DNA from: Phoronis australis
Lineage: Eukaryota; Animalia; Phoronida
Length of the DNA stretch: 64,000 nucleotides
Assembly (NCBI GenBank): GCA_002633005.1
Contig: NMRA01000070.1
Coordinates: 292,141 to 356,140, forward strand
Direction of reading: 5' to 3'
Shown here: one piece after another, positions 50,914 to 64,000 of the stretch
Layout: each line of letters begins with the position of its first letter
Numbering within the stretch: position 1 is the first letter of the stretch
The notes under the pieces: model-generated
Database searches by the model: none
What the model was told of the DNA's origin: nothing
What the model saw: the letters and a program-made list of their open reading frames with translations, nothing else
Translations under genes and position numbers: made by a program

Positions 50914-52758
50914 TTTCTTATTTTCCAGTCACAATAAATGTTAGCTTACTTCATTAGACTTTCGATATATACTGGAACTCGAGTAAAACAATCTCTAATG
51001 TCTTGTACAAGCATGCGTCGTCCTTTCCACTCGATTATTTTCTGCCAACTGGGGTCGTCAGTAGACGATTCCGCATATATATATATAAATGCCAATCAAA
51101 TCGAAAACAAAATCTGGGTTGCCAAAAAATCAAAAACCACAGCGCGTGTTAACCGGCGAACCACTGCCAGTTGATGATGTCATAATCTAAATCAAGATAT
51201 TTGTAAGTGTTTATTTACCATTCCCCTGACTCTCCGCACCAATATATGTCGCCCTCAAGTGTTTTTACAGCTTATCAAGTGCCTAGCAGCTGTCAGACAT
51301 TCGAATATACGAACTCTCGTTAGTGCAGAGAGATTTCTTCGCTTTGAGTCCTCTCAGGTGACTGACCACTGGTGCAACAGCAGGGAAATTGCGCCTTTTT
51401 TGAATGATAAACGATGATTTATGAATTACGTTCCGTTGAATCCCTCGATCAGAGGTTCTTAGGTTTCTATTGGCCTGTTGGTGTTGCTCAATCGGAGAGC
51501 CACCGTCGAGCTAACGTCAGTTTATCTGCCATCATGCCTATCGCGATCTATCAGGCGTTTAAAGCTTGTGACTTGGGAAGCGTTTTGTTCTGGAACGAAA
51601 ATAACACGTCTCAGAACGGCATCGGGAACAACTCGCATAACGACAATCAAAGGTATATCTCCATGTTACGCAATTTTAGAGTGGCCGGCAGCCCAAACCT
51701 ACGCATCTATTGTAAACTTCCTGATATTGTACTAAAACCTACATGGCAAATTTTCAAACTGATGAAAAATGCTGTAGAAGACACACTTGCCTTTGGTTTT
51801 TGTACGACTTTACTCCGATGTTTTGTTGAATTGATGAAACTCCAACAGCCAGAGCAATTCCAATCTAATCACCATTTCTAATAGTTGATATGTGTCTATA
51901 TCAACGGCAGTTGGAATCAATTAATGGATGGACACATCACATGCCTTGGGACATTTAGTTGACTTTTTTTCGTTTAAAACCATCCGGGTTCATTTTCTCA
52001 TATGAGTGGATAGGAACTCGTGAAAAAGAAATTTGTGCTTTTTAAAGTCGGAAGCACAACATGTTTCATCAGTTATTCACCAATCTATAGATCAAATATT
52101 TATGTCAAATACTCTTTGAACAGATATTTTAACAAAAATATAACAATAGTCAATGAAAATTACCGTTAATAATATTTTCCCTAATACACATGATGGCATT
52201 ACGCTAGAATATCCTATTCCAAAGAGCTTTTATTTAATTAGGTGGTCAATGAGTTGATTTTTTTCGAATCGGCAACAACATGTAAACGGAAAATTTGTCT
52301 CACATTAAGTTGTCTTGTAAACGAAACTTTTTTGCACAAAAATAATTGCCACAATTGTCACTATTCCATTTGCCACGACCACTTCACTGCAAATTATAAA
52401 AAATTTACCAGATATTGGTAGATGACATTTACACTGTACAAACCAAGCTGACTATGAACTAGAAATTTTTAATCTGTATTTTTTGGTCCTCATTTGACAA
52501 AATAAAATTTAACTAGTCCGCTGTATTGTGAGCTAAATAGGTGAAAAACAATTGCCTGTTTTTTCAATTAGGAGAAAGATGCTTCTTAATAGTGCCCATG
52601 GAACGCACTTAGTGTTTACCTGTAACGACTCAGTTGGACGTCACTGTGAATCAATTTTGATGACCAACAGTAACTCGCAATGCTCGCGCCGAACTTGCCA
52701 GATTAACGCCCTCTGACGTTTAACCAATCAGATAATGTGTTTTGGTTAGATCATTGAG

Positions 52759-52900
52759 TGCACTTTATTGCCTTTGCTGGTTCCGCCGGGTTAACTGGTG
52801 GAGAAAGCTGATTGGTTTTCGATGAGAACTTCCAGCTTACGAACCAATCCGATGTCCTAGCCGATTGACCCGGCGGATCCGGCGAAGTCAACCAAGTGTA
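52759..52900. repeat. Degenerate palindrome (old MITE-like hairpin)
   Basis: CTTTGCTGGTTCCGCCGGGTTAA..GATTGGTT pairs with AACCAATC..TTGACCCGGCGGATCCGGCGAAG. Confidence 0.55.
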
Positions 52901-53383
52901 GTCATAGAATATGTCCGACGCAATGCGATTTCACTCAGCACTGAAAAGTCAGATGTGTCACCTTCACGCCCAGTTAGAATTGACCAACAGGGGACCATTT
53001 TCTCCAAGTGACTGCTGCAACCAGAATGTCGATTGGTTCTCGCCGGCTCTTCATAGCCGACTGTGTCACTGACACCACTAGATTGTAGTCAACAGATTCG
53101 CAACTTCGACATTTTCTTGCGTACTATCCTAGAGGAGGCGACACTCTCCTAAATTACCAATTTCAGTTTCCGGTTAGTGTATTGTGACGGGAAATACTCT
53201 CATCTATGTTACTGTCAAGTACAATGAAAAAAATATTTCGGCATTGAAACGCTGTTACGAGTCTTCCAATAATAGAACTGTTGGTATCGTGAGTACTTTT
53301 GGCACCCGACCACACAACAACCGATCATAATTTAGCAGACGACCTTGTACTTGCCGGAAGTAAAACTTGCTACATTTTGCCAG

Positions 53384-53534
53384 GCGTGCGTTCAGTAGAC
53401 GCTAGGACCAACGCTAGGACCTAGCTAAAATCTAGTCAAAGTCACGTGTTTGTATTTAAAATACACGACAATATCTCACGTAATCTCGTGAAGTCTTGCT
53501 TTTTAGCGAGGTCCTAGCGTTACTGAACGGGAGG
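53384..53534. mobile_element. PIF/Harbinger-like MITE (CWG TSD)
   Basis: TIR ..GTTCAGTA(A)CGCTAGGAC, CAG on both sides; inverted copy at 62238-62375. Confidence 0.7.
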
Positions 53535-56500
53535 CAGGTGTCGCTAGTTAATAATGACGTCACGGCCTATGCGTAAGATCACAGATTTCGTCCATTCAAA
53601 ATATACGGAGTTGGCGGTCCATGTACTACAGTCTATGCTGACACGTACAAGTCTTCCACGAGGTGCCGAACGCGTCCAACTGGGCCGTCAAAAGATGTCG
53701 CTAAGCCATATATCTACACATTGTCGTTTCAACGTAGGAAGCCTGTTGCTGTGGTCCACCTCGGGAGAGTGACGATAATGTATAGCTGATGGAAACGCTC
53801 AGTGCGACTAGGGCGTTTTCCCAGCTCCCACTTTTACGCTTCATTTGCAGCGCTGTGTATGTTATCGGTTACACCCCGCTTGAGAGCTACTCTTTAAAAT
53901 CAAATACACAAACACTGAGCTCATTTTTGAGCCAATGCACATTTGGCCTTGTCGAATACCTGTATAAGCCAATCTCTTTAACGAGGAACATTAATTGTGA
54001 CAGAAAAATGTAATGTCTCCGTTTCGCAATGAAAATTTTTGTTTTGAAACTCACTCTAGCCCTTCCAGTGCCTGGACTTGTGTTTGAGCATCACGTTCAC
54101 GTGTTTTGTGTATAACTGATAATGAATGAAACTTTCCACATGCTGGAACGAAATGCAACAAAAATACCAGGAATATTCCATTACATTTTGTCGGGACTGC
54201 AGCTAAAATGTTAGAATATCTATCCATCTAGAGAATGAACTCGAAAAAGAGACCCATTTGTAGGTGTAGCTTCTATGAAAAAGTTACCCTTTCGTTGGCT
54301 TTTGTTCCAAAATGGCCACCTTTTGTGTAGAATTTAATTTTGTGAACGTAATCCTTTCCACTAGGGATTCTTGGAAAGGTGTTTTAACCCATTAAGCTTG
54401 AAATATACAAGAAGAGATGCCATGCTGTCAACAACGAGCAAATGTTTTGTGACAGTAGATGATAGCAAAAAACTGCTATACATTTTTGAAGTTAAGTTTA
54501 GAATTTCAAAAGCGAACCATTTGTAAGGAATTTAATCCAAAGAGGCACCCTTAGGAATTTTGTAGGAAAAGGGTTGTGAAAAGTCATCCATTTGAATATT
54601 AAGCACTAAGGGGTTCTTAAACGAGTACTTTTCTGCGCTTATTTAATGTAATGCGCAGAATTGGATATTCAGCGCCTCCAATTGCTTATTCATTGTGTAC
54701 CGTTAAATCAGTACGGGTGCTTGATTATAGTACGTGTGCTTTATGTTAATACGCGTACTGTTTCATGTCCAATCAAAGACTACAGGCGAATCTGGAAAAT
54801 TCCCAAAACTTCTAGTAATAGTGATTGCTTCTACTCGATCTATTGAGCATAGTAGATGCTTACGACTTTTATGATAAAAGACCATTATACTCTGGTTGTC
54901 ATGTCAACAAGTGAAGAGCTCTGAATAAGATATGTGTCAATGCAATTTGTGAAGTTAATTCCCTGAGCAAAAGTCAAAATAGAATGTTCATATATGCTGT
55001 GATTTGAAACCTCAAAAAGTCAATATCACTTTCATTAACAGGTTCGCTTTATAGAAATCGGCAACTGCAATCTTCGAAATTCATGCCTTATAGTCTTCGA
55101 CGAATAGCTAATTCTGTGCCACGAATATACAATTCTGTGCTATGAGTAATCAGTTCTGCGCGTTGATTAAACAATTCTGTGCGTTGAAGAACCACATTTC
55201 AACGCGCAGAAATGTACTCGTTTAAGAACTCAATTTGAGCGGCACATCAGGACAAAGATAAACGATCAACAGTCTGCTCTCATCGTTATTCATAGCATCA
55301 TTCAGGTAAAACCTCTTTAGGTCATTTATCATTAATCATTGATGAGAAATCATAGCAACTACTTGATTCCGTTCATGATAATCCTTACATGATAAATTCT
55401 ATAAGCGGTTAATATGAATTTCCATCAAAGATTTATACCTTATCATTTCGTTCATACGAATTCATGGGAATTGTTCATATGATAAATAATGATCAACCAA
55501 AATTGCCACGGAAGTATGTGTCCGTTTAGTCTTAACAAATCAAGCGAACCCACCACAGTCCAGAACCATTCCAACAACGATCAACAACGAGGCCACTCTT
55601 CTACGTCTAAAGACAGAATGGATATCAGATATTCTGTTCCAACTAAAGGCCTTGCCTAAAACCAGCCGACCATTTGGTGTGTAGGCTCATGTGATTGGTT
55701 TATTTTCAGAAACAAAACGTAAACCTACATACAGAAGATACCATATCCGGTGTCAATAAGGACAGCTGGTATCATGATTTCTACACTTTGAAATTATTAA
55801 ATTTCTACAATGCAATCGAGAACATTGACAATTCAGATTTTATTGATTAGTCGTCATCATTTCCCTTCAAATATTCATATTATAAAATTCACTTTCACTC
55901 CAAGTGATTCTCAATAACTCAGATTACTGCTCCTTGTATATCATTTGATCTCAATTTTATGTTTTTGAAGGACCATAGACACAAGTTTTAACTTTTTGGT
56001 CTTATTCTGGTAACATTCGTTTTGTTAATTATTTTTTATAACATCGATATTTCCGTTGTGTCTATTTGTATTGTACATGTTCGTTATCGAATAAATAAAT
56101 CAGAATTAAGTCAACATCTAATTGCCAAGTACCGTATTTTGCAGAAATAAAACCTCAGTGAAAACGAAGCTCACAGATGGCGCCTCTTGACTTCATCTTT
56201 GTACGAGAAACCCCAGGCGAGACTACAAATTCGAGAATCCGATAGCGAGGCTTCGGTGTGGATATCAATGAATATGCAAGATTCGTGGTTTGTTGTAATA
56301 TTTTTACGAAGCAGTGTTAAATAAACTGTTACGGTGTCAATATGTTTCCAAAGATAAAAGTACATAAAATATAACAAGACAAACGTCGATATAAAATCTC
56401 AAAAAATGCGAGATCGCACAAGGCCACACAAAATCACGCAGGTTAAAGGAGAATGCCATCCGATTTAATTAGCCTTTTTTACCGTCTTAATTGGTCTATA

Positions 56501-56610
56501 TCCACATCGCCTCTTATACGGCCGACCTCACCTTGCCGAGAGGCGTCGCGTTAACCTGTGAGGAAGGTGAGAAGCGCCGCAGCGACGTCAGTGGTTCGTC
56601 TGCAGAATGA

Positions 56611-56807
56611 ATGCCGCTATATTGCGGTGTATCGGTCCGAAATATGAAGCTGTGGAGAAAGCGAGTATATCGTTTTTTCGACTTCCTCGAGAGTCCGAAA
56701 TGCTTATGAAGTGGCTCGCGGTAGTGAAGAATGAAAGTTATGCTGTTAATAGCAAGTATGAGGCCGTGAAACATCTCCGTGGTCTGTGGCCGGCATTTCA
56801 TCGACAG
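56611..56807 (+). pseudogene. Frameshifted THAP zinc-finger relic
   Basis: Across frameshifts: MPLYCGVS / SISFFRLPRESEMLMKWLAVVKN / SVVCGRHFID, the THAP C..FF.P..W..C..HF signature. Confidence 0.65.
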
Positions 56808-59800
56808 GTGATTTCTCTGACGAATTCCGGCTTACCAAAGAACTATCCATACGTTCCGTTGCCTATGCATGTTCACGGCGCCTCTCTAGTATTTCTTGAT
56901 CAGTGTATTCCGGTTCGAACTGATAGCCTTGAAACCTAACGATGCGACCCGTGAAGTCTTCGTCGGATTGAGCTCTTGACTAAGTCGGGATTGGCGCCGG
57001 ACGAGTTGCCATGTAGACGGACGTTTGTCTTCTGCGTTCTGTTTCAAAATGAATTGTTCTCATCCTAAAATGATCCTAACCAATGCTTATATGAAACTGA
57101 AACACAGTCTGTCTCATTAGATACAATATGTAATGCCTTGGAGTGCTCGTGAGTGCAATTGTTTTGAGAAGCCAGCAAAGAATAAACCACTGCGTTACCG
57201 GCCTTTGATGCCGGCAACAAAGGTAATTGACCGGGCGGCCGAGGCCGTGTGAGCGCATGCTAATTCAGTGTTTGCTGACAGAAACCTTTGTGATTTCATA
57301 TGCTATTGTCATATGTTAGGGGAATCTTTATTTAGAAATATAAATACAAGTACATTATTCAAATCAATGTTACTGTACAACCTTTGCCCTGACGGTCTGT
57401 GGAAGGGGAACCCGACGTCGCGGCCCCCGACAAGTAAGTAGATTTTCAGCTTCGTGGCTAATTCACATAAATAATTACGTGCACATTATTTATTTGGCTC
57501 ACTATCTTAGTCTTTTTGTGACTGGAGATTTAGTTTCCAACTCAAGATGGTTTATGTTCGTGCCAGTCCCGGCGGCCGCGACGGGCCTAATCGGGTTCCG
57601 AGCCACTGGCCGGGATAACAAGTGTTTTGTGTGTTTAGAACTCAAAAAATCACACGTATAAACAACACAGATCTAGGTTCTCCTGTCTGTATTTCACGGA
57701 AGAATACTTCGAATTTATCTCCGACTGACAGACCCCAAACTCCTGCTACGCCACCTTGGTAAATTGGCCTACCGAACTGTTAGGGTACGGTCCAAATACC
57801 AGTAAATCCGTAACAGCGAAATAAAACAACACGTTTTTTTAAGAACTCGGTGTATTTTTAAGGGTTTTACATCGAAGTTTGATGATTTATTGGTGTTAAA
57901 CGGTGAATTCAAGCGATAAGCTGACACCACTAACCCGTGTTGTGAAGTGCTGAACAGACTGCGTGTGAAACCAATTACGTCACTTGATAATTTCAATACC
58001 TCCGTCTGCCGTCAGGTGTCGGGTAACGCAACCGAACGTGCGGTTATCGAGCAGAACTACTCGATCTAAATTGATACAAAATAGGTTTGTTTTTTGGGTG
58101 GCATTCTCCTTTAAAGTCGAATGTTTCGAGAGTATGCTCAACATTTCCGACTACCGAAGAGGTTGCAAAATGGCGGACCTTGAACTAACTGCTCGATGAA
58201 GTTGGAATATTGAATTATGGGATAGGATTCGTAAATTTGGGGGTAGAATTCACCTTCCCGCAGGCCCATTTACCTCTCCAGATTTTGATCACAGGAGAGT
58301 TGAGTTGAATATTTTTTCTTGAGTCACGCAAAACGGATGTAGGCCTACAATTTGCCTTCTCACGAAGTCCCGAAGATGCAAACATGTGCTTTGAATAAAT
58401 AAGCTTCTAAAACAGTCTCTTCCTTTGACAAGCAATTAAGTAAGACGTTCAAAGCAAATGATCTATTGATTTGAACAATTGTAAAAAATCACTGCGACGT
58501 GATTCGTCTCAAAGCCGTTGCTTAATCCATACCCTAGAGCATTTTGCTCGAATTCTTGATGTACGATTATAGAGTACTGTTCAATTTTCGAAAAATGATT
58601 AACTGTACGTCTGTTGTGATATTTTCGCTCTTCAAAAAATGCAGCGTCACGTTTGCTATAACACACCTGTGAGACTGTCTTAGCTATGACCGAACTTCCA
58701 AACTTTGATAAATCGTACCCCTCATGCCTTGAGCGTGCCTGTGGTTAGAAAAAGAGAGAATTTTGTTCATCTCTAATTTTTCATTTCCTTAATCATCAAT
58801 TTGTGAAACCTGCTCTTACTAAAATAAACATTAACGTAATTTCTTTTATTCTTGGTCTCCTGATTCTGTAACACAAATAATGAAATACAAATAAGAAAAA
58901 TTCTCAACAGATGTTGTGCTGTCAGCTAATGCGCATGCGATGCTGGAAACCAGTTTTTACAACGGGTCTATTTTTGTTTCGGAGGTTGTAAGTGAACCGG
59001 CCATAGAACCAACAACGAGGCACGAGAACACTTACTCTCCACACTTACAGAGCACGTTGCAGTCACTTGCACAGAAACTATGCGTGTGCTCATGCGTTAT
59101 TGCACATTAGTGGCGCATCGTTTTTTAAATAGATTTAGATTTGATTGAATGTAATCATGACAACAAAAAATAACGCACAAACGTGAAATGCATAGACTTT
59201 CTGGTAAGAGTAGTAACGTTTCCGCGTCAAAATAAAAGTTCTACTCTTGGTGTTTCTAATCATGCATTGAATACCTCACCTTTGAGTACTTGAAAGTGCA
59301 ATCAACTTAGACATGTCGGAATCAAATTTGTTTATTACCTCCATTCCAACATTCAAACGTAATCAGAAAATTAATGTAACATCCTCGGTAGTAGCCGCCG
59401 TAGAGAAGGCGAAGCTTGGAGTTCATTAATTTAGTGATCATGGTTTGGCTCGTAAACATATTAAATATCAAGATAATTGCAAATGTTCTTCATATAAAAT
59501 GAATTCATAATTCCGGCGGAAGCAATTTGTCACAACAAAATTGACATGCTGGCAATGTTAAATCACTAACGATATATTGAATTCATTGAAACAAATCTAG
59601 ATTCTGATAATCCATGTTGCGTCAAAAATATTGAGACACAGGCGCACAGGCGGAATTAGGGTGCTGCGGCCCTCTCAATGGTCAAGACCGAAAAAAAACG
59701 CCACCGGTATGCTGTTTTGATGGCCAAGGCGAACATTTTCCTACGAAAACTGCAGATATACATGCTGTGACGTGTTGTCGCTCTTCACATTATATATCGT

Positions 59801-62237
59801 CCCCCGGACTACAGCATGCACGCCACACCAGGCCCTTGGGTCATACTGCCTAAATCAACAGTTAGTTTTTCACTGAAGCCATGGGTTAATTGCGTCCTTA
59901 AAATCTTACTCCACGTGTGATTTCTGGAGTCGGCCGCTACCAGGCAAATAACAGTAAAATAGGAACAAAAACATGTACAGTGTGACGATAAACTCGGTAT
60001 AATGATACAAAACATTCTACAACTCACCGAATTGTTTTGGAAACAGGAAACCAAATGCTTTAAAATAACTTTCATCTGTGGACTTTGAACAATCTTGCGT
60101 AAAACATCCGCTGAGGTTATTTTGTGAATTGGCTCGATCGTTAAATCACAAAATCCAGTGACACTACCATGCTGAGACCTTGCGAACGACAGGCAGATTC
60201 AAAATAGTGGCCGGCTTTTCAATCATCGTCTTCAGAACACCACAACAAATTAAAAAATATTGACCATATAAATATTGTTTAGAGTAGCTGACGTAACTGC
60301 ATGAAATCCGAAATCTTGCTTTTGTTCAAACTCGATAAGTCTTGCGCCTTCGAAACCGTCTGTCGCAATTTTGAAAGCTCGTGTGTTTATCCAAACGTGA
60401 GGGGTGAGGTTTGGGCCATGCCACTTTTTAATTCTCCTTGTCGGTGGTTTGTTTCGCGAGACTATGCATTGCTAATAGATGGGAGTGTGTGAAGTTGACC
60501 ACGGGTTAACCTTCGAATGGTGTAGGTAAACCTAGGTTGACCACAGGACGATCTGGCCAAGGAACGAGGGTAACTGTACTTGTGGACCTATAATGTCTTA
60601 AAAGGACTTAGCCACAATTTCCTGTAAAAGTGATCGCGTAAGGAAAAGGGAGCGGGTGGCCCAGAATACTTGTGAGATATGTTTAAACGCTCACAATGAT
60701 TCACAAATTTTAGTCTTTGTTGGTTCTACTTATTTGAAAAAATGAAATCTGCAGCTAATCTAAACACGTATAACAGCGTTTCAATCGAGGAAACATGTTC
60801 GCCTTATTGTAATGTTCATTTAAACTAGATAAATTGTAACTTCCATTTCTAGATAACTGCAAAATTGAACTTCATCCGTCCATACAGGTAACGAAAGTGA
60901 AAAGGAAACCAGGGGCGCATTCGTGGGAGCAACTAACGAGCAAAGGTGATCACGTGTGTCGTTTGCAACGCATGGCGATATCTCGCGAAGGCTTGCGCGA
61001 TCTCGCTTTTCGCCCAATAAGCTCGGTCTACGGAACAACGCCCAGTAATCAACAACTATCAAATAAAATACAATGCGCTGAGCACATATAACAGGTTGCC
61101 TGACAGTATCGCAAGGACAAAATGGACAAGTTTCAGTAGGCCTAATTCCCAGCAGCTCAATCTTAGTCATTTTTACAGAGTGGTCGTCCTCTGACTGGTG
61201 ACCACTGTGCAGTCAAATTTCACAACAGTGCCGGTTTTACGCAAAACGGCCCAGGGCCCATTAAGTCATTGGGCGGAATACCACGTATTGTAGCTGCACC
61301 ACGCTCTTCGTAAATCACGAGGACCAAGTCTGTGATTGAGATTCAAAGGTATGACCTCGGTTAATTATTGTATATTCGTGAACGCGTAAATTAAAGTCTT
61401 CATTTGTATTCCATTGAGAGATTATCGTTTTAATCTACAGCGGAAAAAAACTCATTTTGGGGCTATTGCTGGATGGGATAGATTTTTTGAAGTTATCTGC
61501 TTTGACAATAATTGTAAAACGATTATTGCCGTTGTGATTTTGTGATTTTACTACATATCGCCATTTCTCGCCCTTGTTTGCCCGTAACTTCATCAGCTTA
61601 GAGTACTTGAAAATATCCTTAGAATGCATCGCCATTTATGGACTGGGCTTTAGTTACGCCAACAGAGAACAACGTTGACTGCGACCACGACTACTCTAAA
61701 TTCCTTTCCGAGCTGGAGCTGTTCTCAGAAAACGACTTGACTTCTCTCACCAATAATGTCACTTTAAAGTGACTGTCCATGGCAAAAACAAAAAATTGAT
61801 TTTTGTACCCTCATGAAATTGATCTCGAATTGTTGCTTAGTCAAAATAAGTTTGATTTCTGGACTTGAAAAGTACTGGTCTCGTTATTCTTGAGATTAGG
61901 CTCTGCAAGTTGACTCGTCACGACGTGTCATTTTATTTGTTGAAACATTTCAAGTTTCGTCAGCACGTCATTTGCTGGCCACATCAAGTGACCTAGTGAA
62001 TATATTGTTTGAGCATTTTATTTACCCATTTTATTTGATCTCGAGCAATGACGAAGTGTCAGGTCTTTACAAGACCAAAATCACTCCTCATTGGAATAAG
62101 GTACAAGCCAAGACCAGTACCATTAGGCATACTAGTGATCTAACAGTTACTTTCTTGCACGGGACGCGTGTTTTTTTCGCGTTCCGTCCAAGAAGATACC
62201 TTTGGATTTAGACCGCCTACCGCTATAGATTGGTCTG

Positions 62238-62375
62238 GCTCCTGTTCAGTAACGCTAGGACTTCGCTAAAAAGCAAGACTTTGCGAGATTACGTGAGATA
62301 TTGCCTAGTATTTTAAGTGAGAACACGTGACTTTAGCTAGATTTTACCTAGGTCGTAGCGTTACTGAACGCACGC
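62238..62375. mobile_element. PIF/Harbinger-like MITE (CTG TSD)
   Basis: Reverse-complement copy of 53384-53534, flanked by CTG. Confidence 0.7.
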
Positions 62376-62729
62376 CTGAACTTGTTCCTATTCGAAGATG
62401 ACGACAAGCTTATTGTGGAGCAATTACGAAGGCTCAATAATTTTTAATTGGAAGTGGTTAGCCAATTAAAAGAGGCATGGTTGCTTGATATTGCTTACAA
62501 TCTAAACCGTTAGATGCTTGTTTCTCGAAATTATTCTCTGAAATGTGGTGTGTGTGCCGTTGCAGTACAGTGTTGTAGTGGAGCGTAGGCGCACGTAGGC
62601 GCAGCCAACCACCTTCTGGCATTAGCGGATTTGCAGCGACGCCATATTGAAATTAGGTTAAAATGGTGCATTGTGGGTGCTGTGGTCAGGATTCTGAAAG
62701 CGGCCATAGTAACAAGCATAACACGCGGT

Positions 62730-63800
62730 ATGAGCGCGAAGAAAACTTACGGCGGATACACTTGTTGTGTTCCTGGCTGCTTCAAAAACAACAAGAGAGA
62801 TAAAAATCTGAGTTTTTATGTGTACCCAGCAAACCAAGAACTTCGTGAAAATGGATAAACAACATTAGGAGAGCTGGGAGTAAGGGGAAATTTAGCGCAT
62901 TCAAACCAACGCGGGGCCATCTACGTGAGGCAACACGTAGCCCCTCGGTTGGCCATATAGGGGCTACAATACTTCCATTCGCTTTCTGTATTCATTTTGT
63001 TACTTCAGTGTATTTTAAATGGGCCGTGACCGGATTTGGGTTACCGCCGATTTCGAGTTTTCACCTCGTCAAAAATACAATCTACACTTAAAACTATCAT
63101 TTAAGAAACGCTTACTTTCATCATTGGTCCTTTTTACTTCTATACATATCTTTGATAAAGCTTAGTTGTGAGAATTTAGTTGACTTTGGCGAAGAATTAC
63201 AACTCCACTGTTTTGGTTGCCGTTAATTTTATCACCGCGTGCGCGATAACCACAAAGCGTGTCAACTGAATCCGGTGAGTTAGGCAAAGGTTAGCGCGAG
63301 ACTGAGCGAAGCGCGTGACGCTAGCGCGCGACACTTGTAAAATAGCATAAGGTATCGGGTGAAACTTGTAAGATGTGTGTCCCTTCGACTTTTTATTCGT
63401 CAACATGCGTTATTTCACGTAACTTCCTCAAAATGGCACCCGGTAACTGAGAGAAACTCGAGCAAACCGCGACAGATTTTCAGTCATCGATTTGTTTAAG
63501 TTTTGCTGACTAAATTGTATACAGAGTCGTGGTATGTGTTAATTATAACTCCGTGTTCCTATATGTATGGTTCATTTGATTTTATTTGCTGTATTTTGAA
63601 ATGAGTAACTTTTTGTGAGGATGTACTATCGCCCCTGAATGCCTGCGGCATCCAGTGCGATGTAATTGCCTAGGGGCCATCGTGTGTGCAGCGAACATTT
63701 TCCTGGTGAAAAAAGACTTATGATAACAACATTCCGACGGAGTTTCCTCTTAAAATTAACGTCTCTAGCATATACACGGCGAAAGCTACAAAAGTTAAGC
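62730..63800 (+). pseudogene. THAP-domain relic (probably transposon-derived), frameshifted and split by an insertion
   Basis: [40 protein letters not shown] /fs/ [24 protein letters not shown] [insertion] RVCSEHFPG /fs/ KKTYDNNIPTEFP gives a complete THAP motif. The 3' boundary is approximate. Confidence 0.85.
62922..63672. mobile_element. 751-bp non-autonomous insertion with a 9-bp target-site duplication
   Basis: GGGGCCATC at 62913-62921 and 63673-63681; removing the insert restores THAP ..PTRGHRVCSEHF. Confidence 0.8.
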
Positions 63801-64000
63801 AACCCAAGAACTCTCAAGTTGTCTGAAACCGGAGGAGATTTCGAAATCAACGCCGATAGCCCCAATACTGAACATGACGACAGTCGTGCCCTCGGTCACT
63901 GATCATAGCTGCGCTGTGTTTACAAACGAGAGAGAGGACTTGCTTGGTATTATAAAGCAAAAAATGAAACATGGTTTTTAGTTTGCAAATCACTCCAAAT

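Noticed and set aside
51414-51881. 155-aa plus-strand ORF
   Set aside because: No recognisable motif or exon context; compatible with chance.
62922-63672. Insert in the THAP relic read as an intron (GTGAGG...CCTAG)
   Set aside because: Splicing at those sites does not restore the CSEHF frame; the 9-bp duplication indicates an insertion.

Overview
AT-rich animal genomic DNA, most likely an invertebrate (lophotrochozoan-like repeats; taxon inferred, not shown), with two N-gaps (17246-17446, 35229-35441) and a single-N join (50311). Genes: (1) a complete multi-exon nischarin (NISCH) orthologue on + (ATG 18594 to TAA 40367; 14 phase-consistent exons, 4944 nt, about 1647 aa; PX, LRR and nischarin C-terminal region). 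(2) An intronless class A GPCR on - (49337-50913), split into two ORFs only by a 343-bp overlap that is probably an assembly artefact. (3) Two broken THAP-domain relics near 56.6 kb and 62.7-63.8 kb. Non-coding structure: about 1-kb inverted arms (2.6-4.4 kb and 17.45-18.45 kb) enclose four diverged 1-3 kb tandem units just upstream of NISCH; there are Helentron/HINE-like elements, one carrying a ~145-bp array of CTCF-like motifs; NISCH intron 1 holds a miniature LTR element (TRIM) with tRNA-like LTRs, a tRNA-Ser PBS and a PPT, plus a near-perfect 69-nt hairpin; several MITE families occur. All calls were made by eye with no database searches; protein and repeat-family comparisons are from recall.
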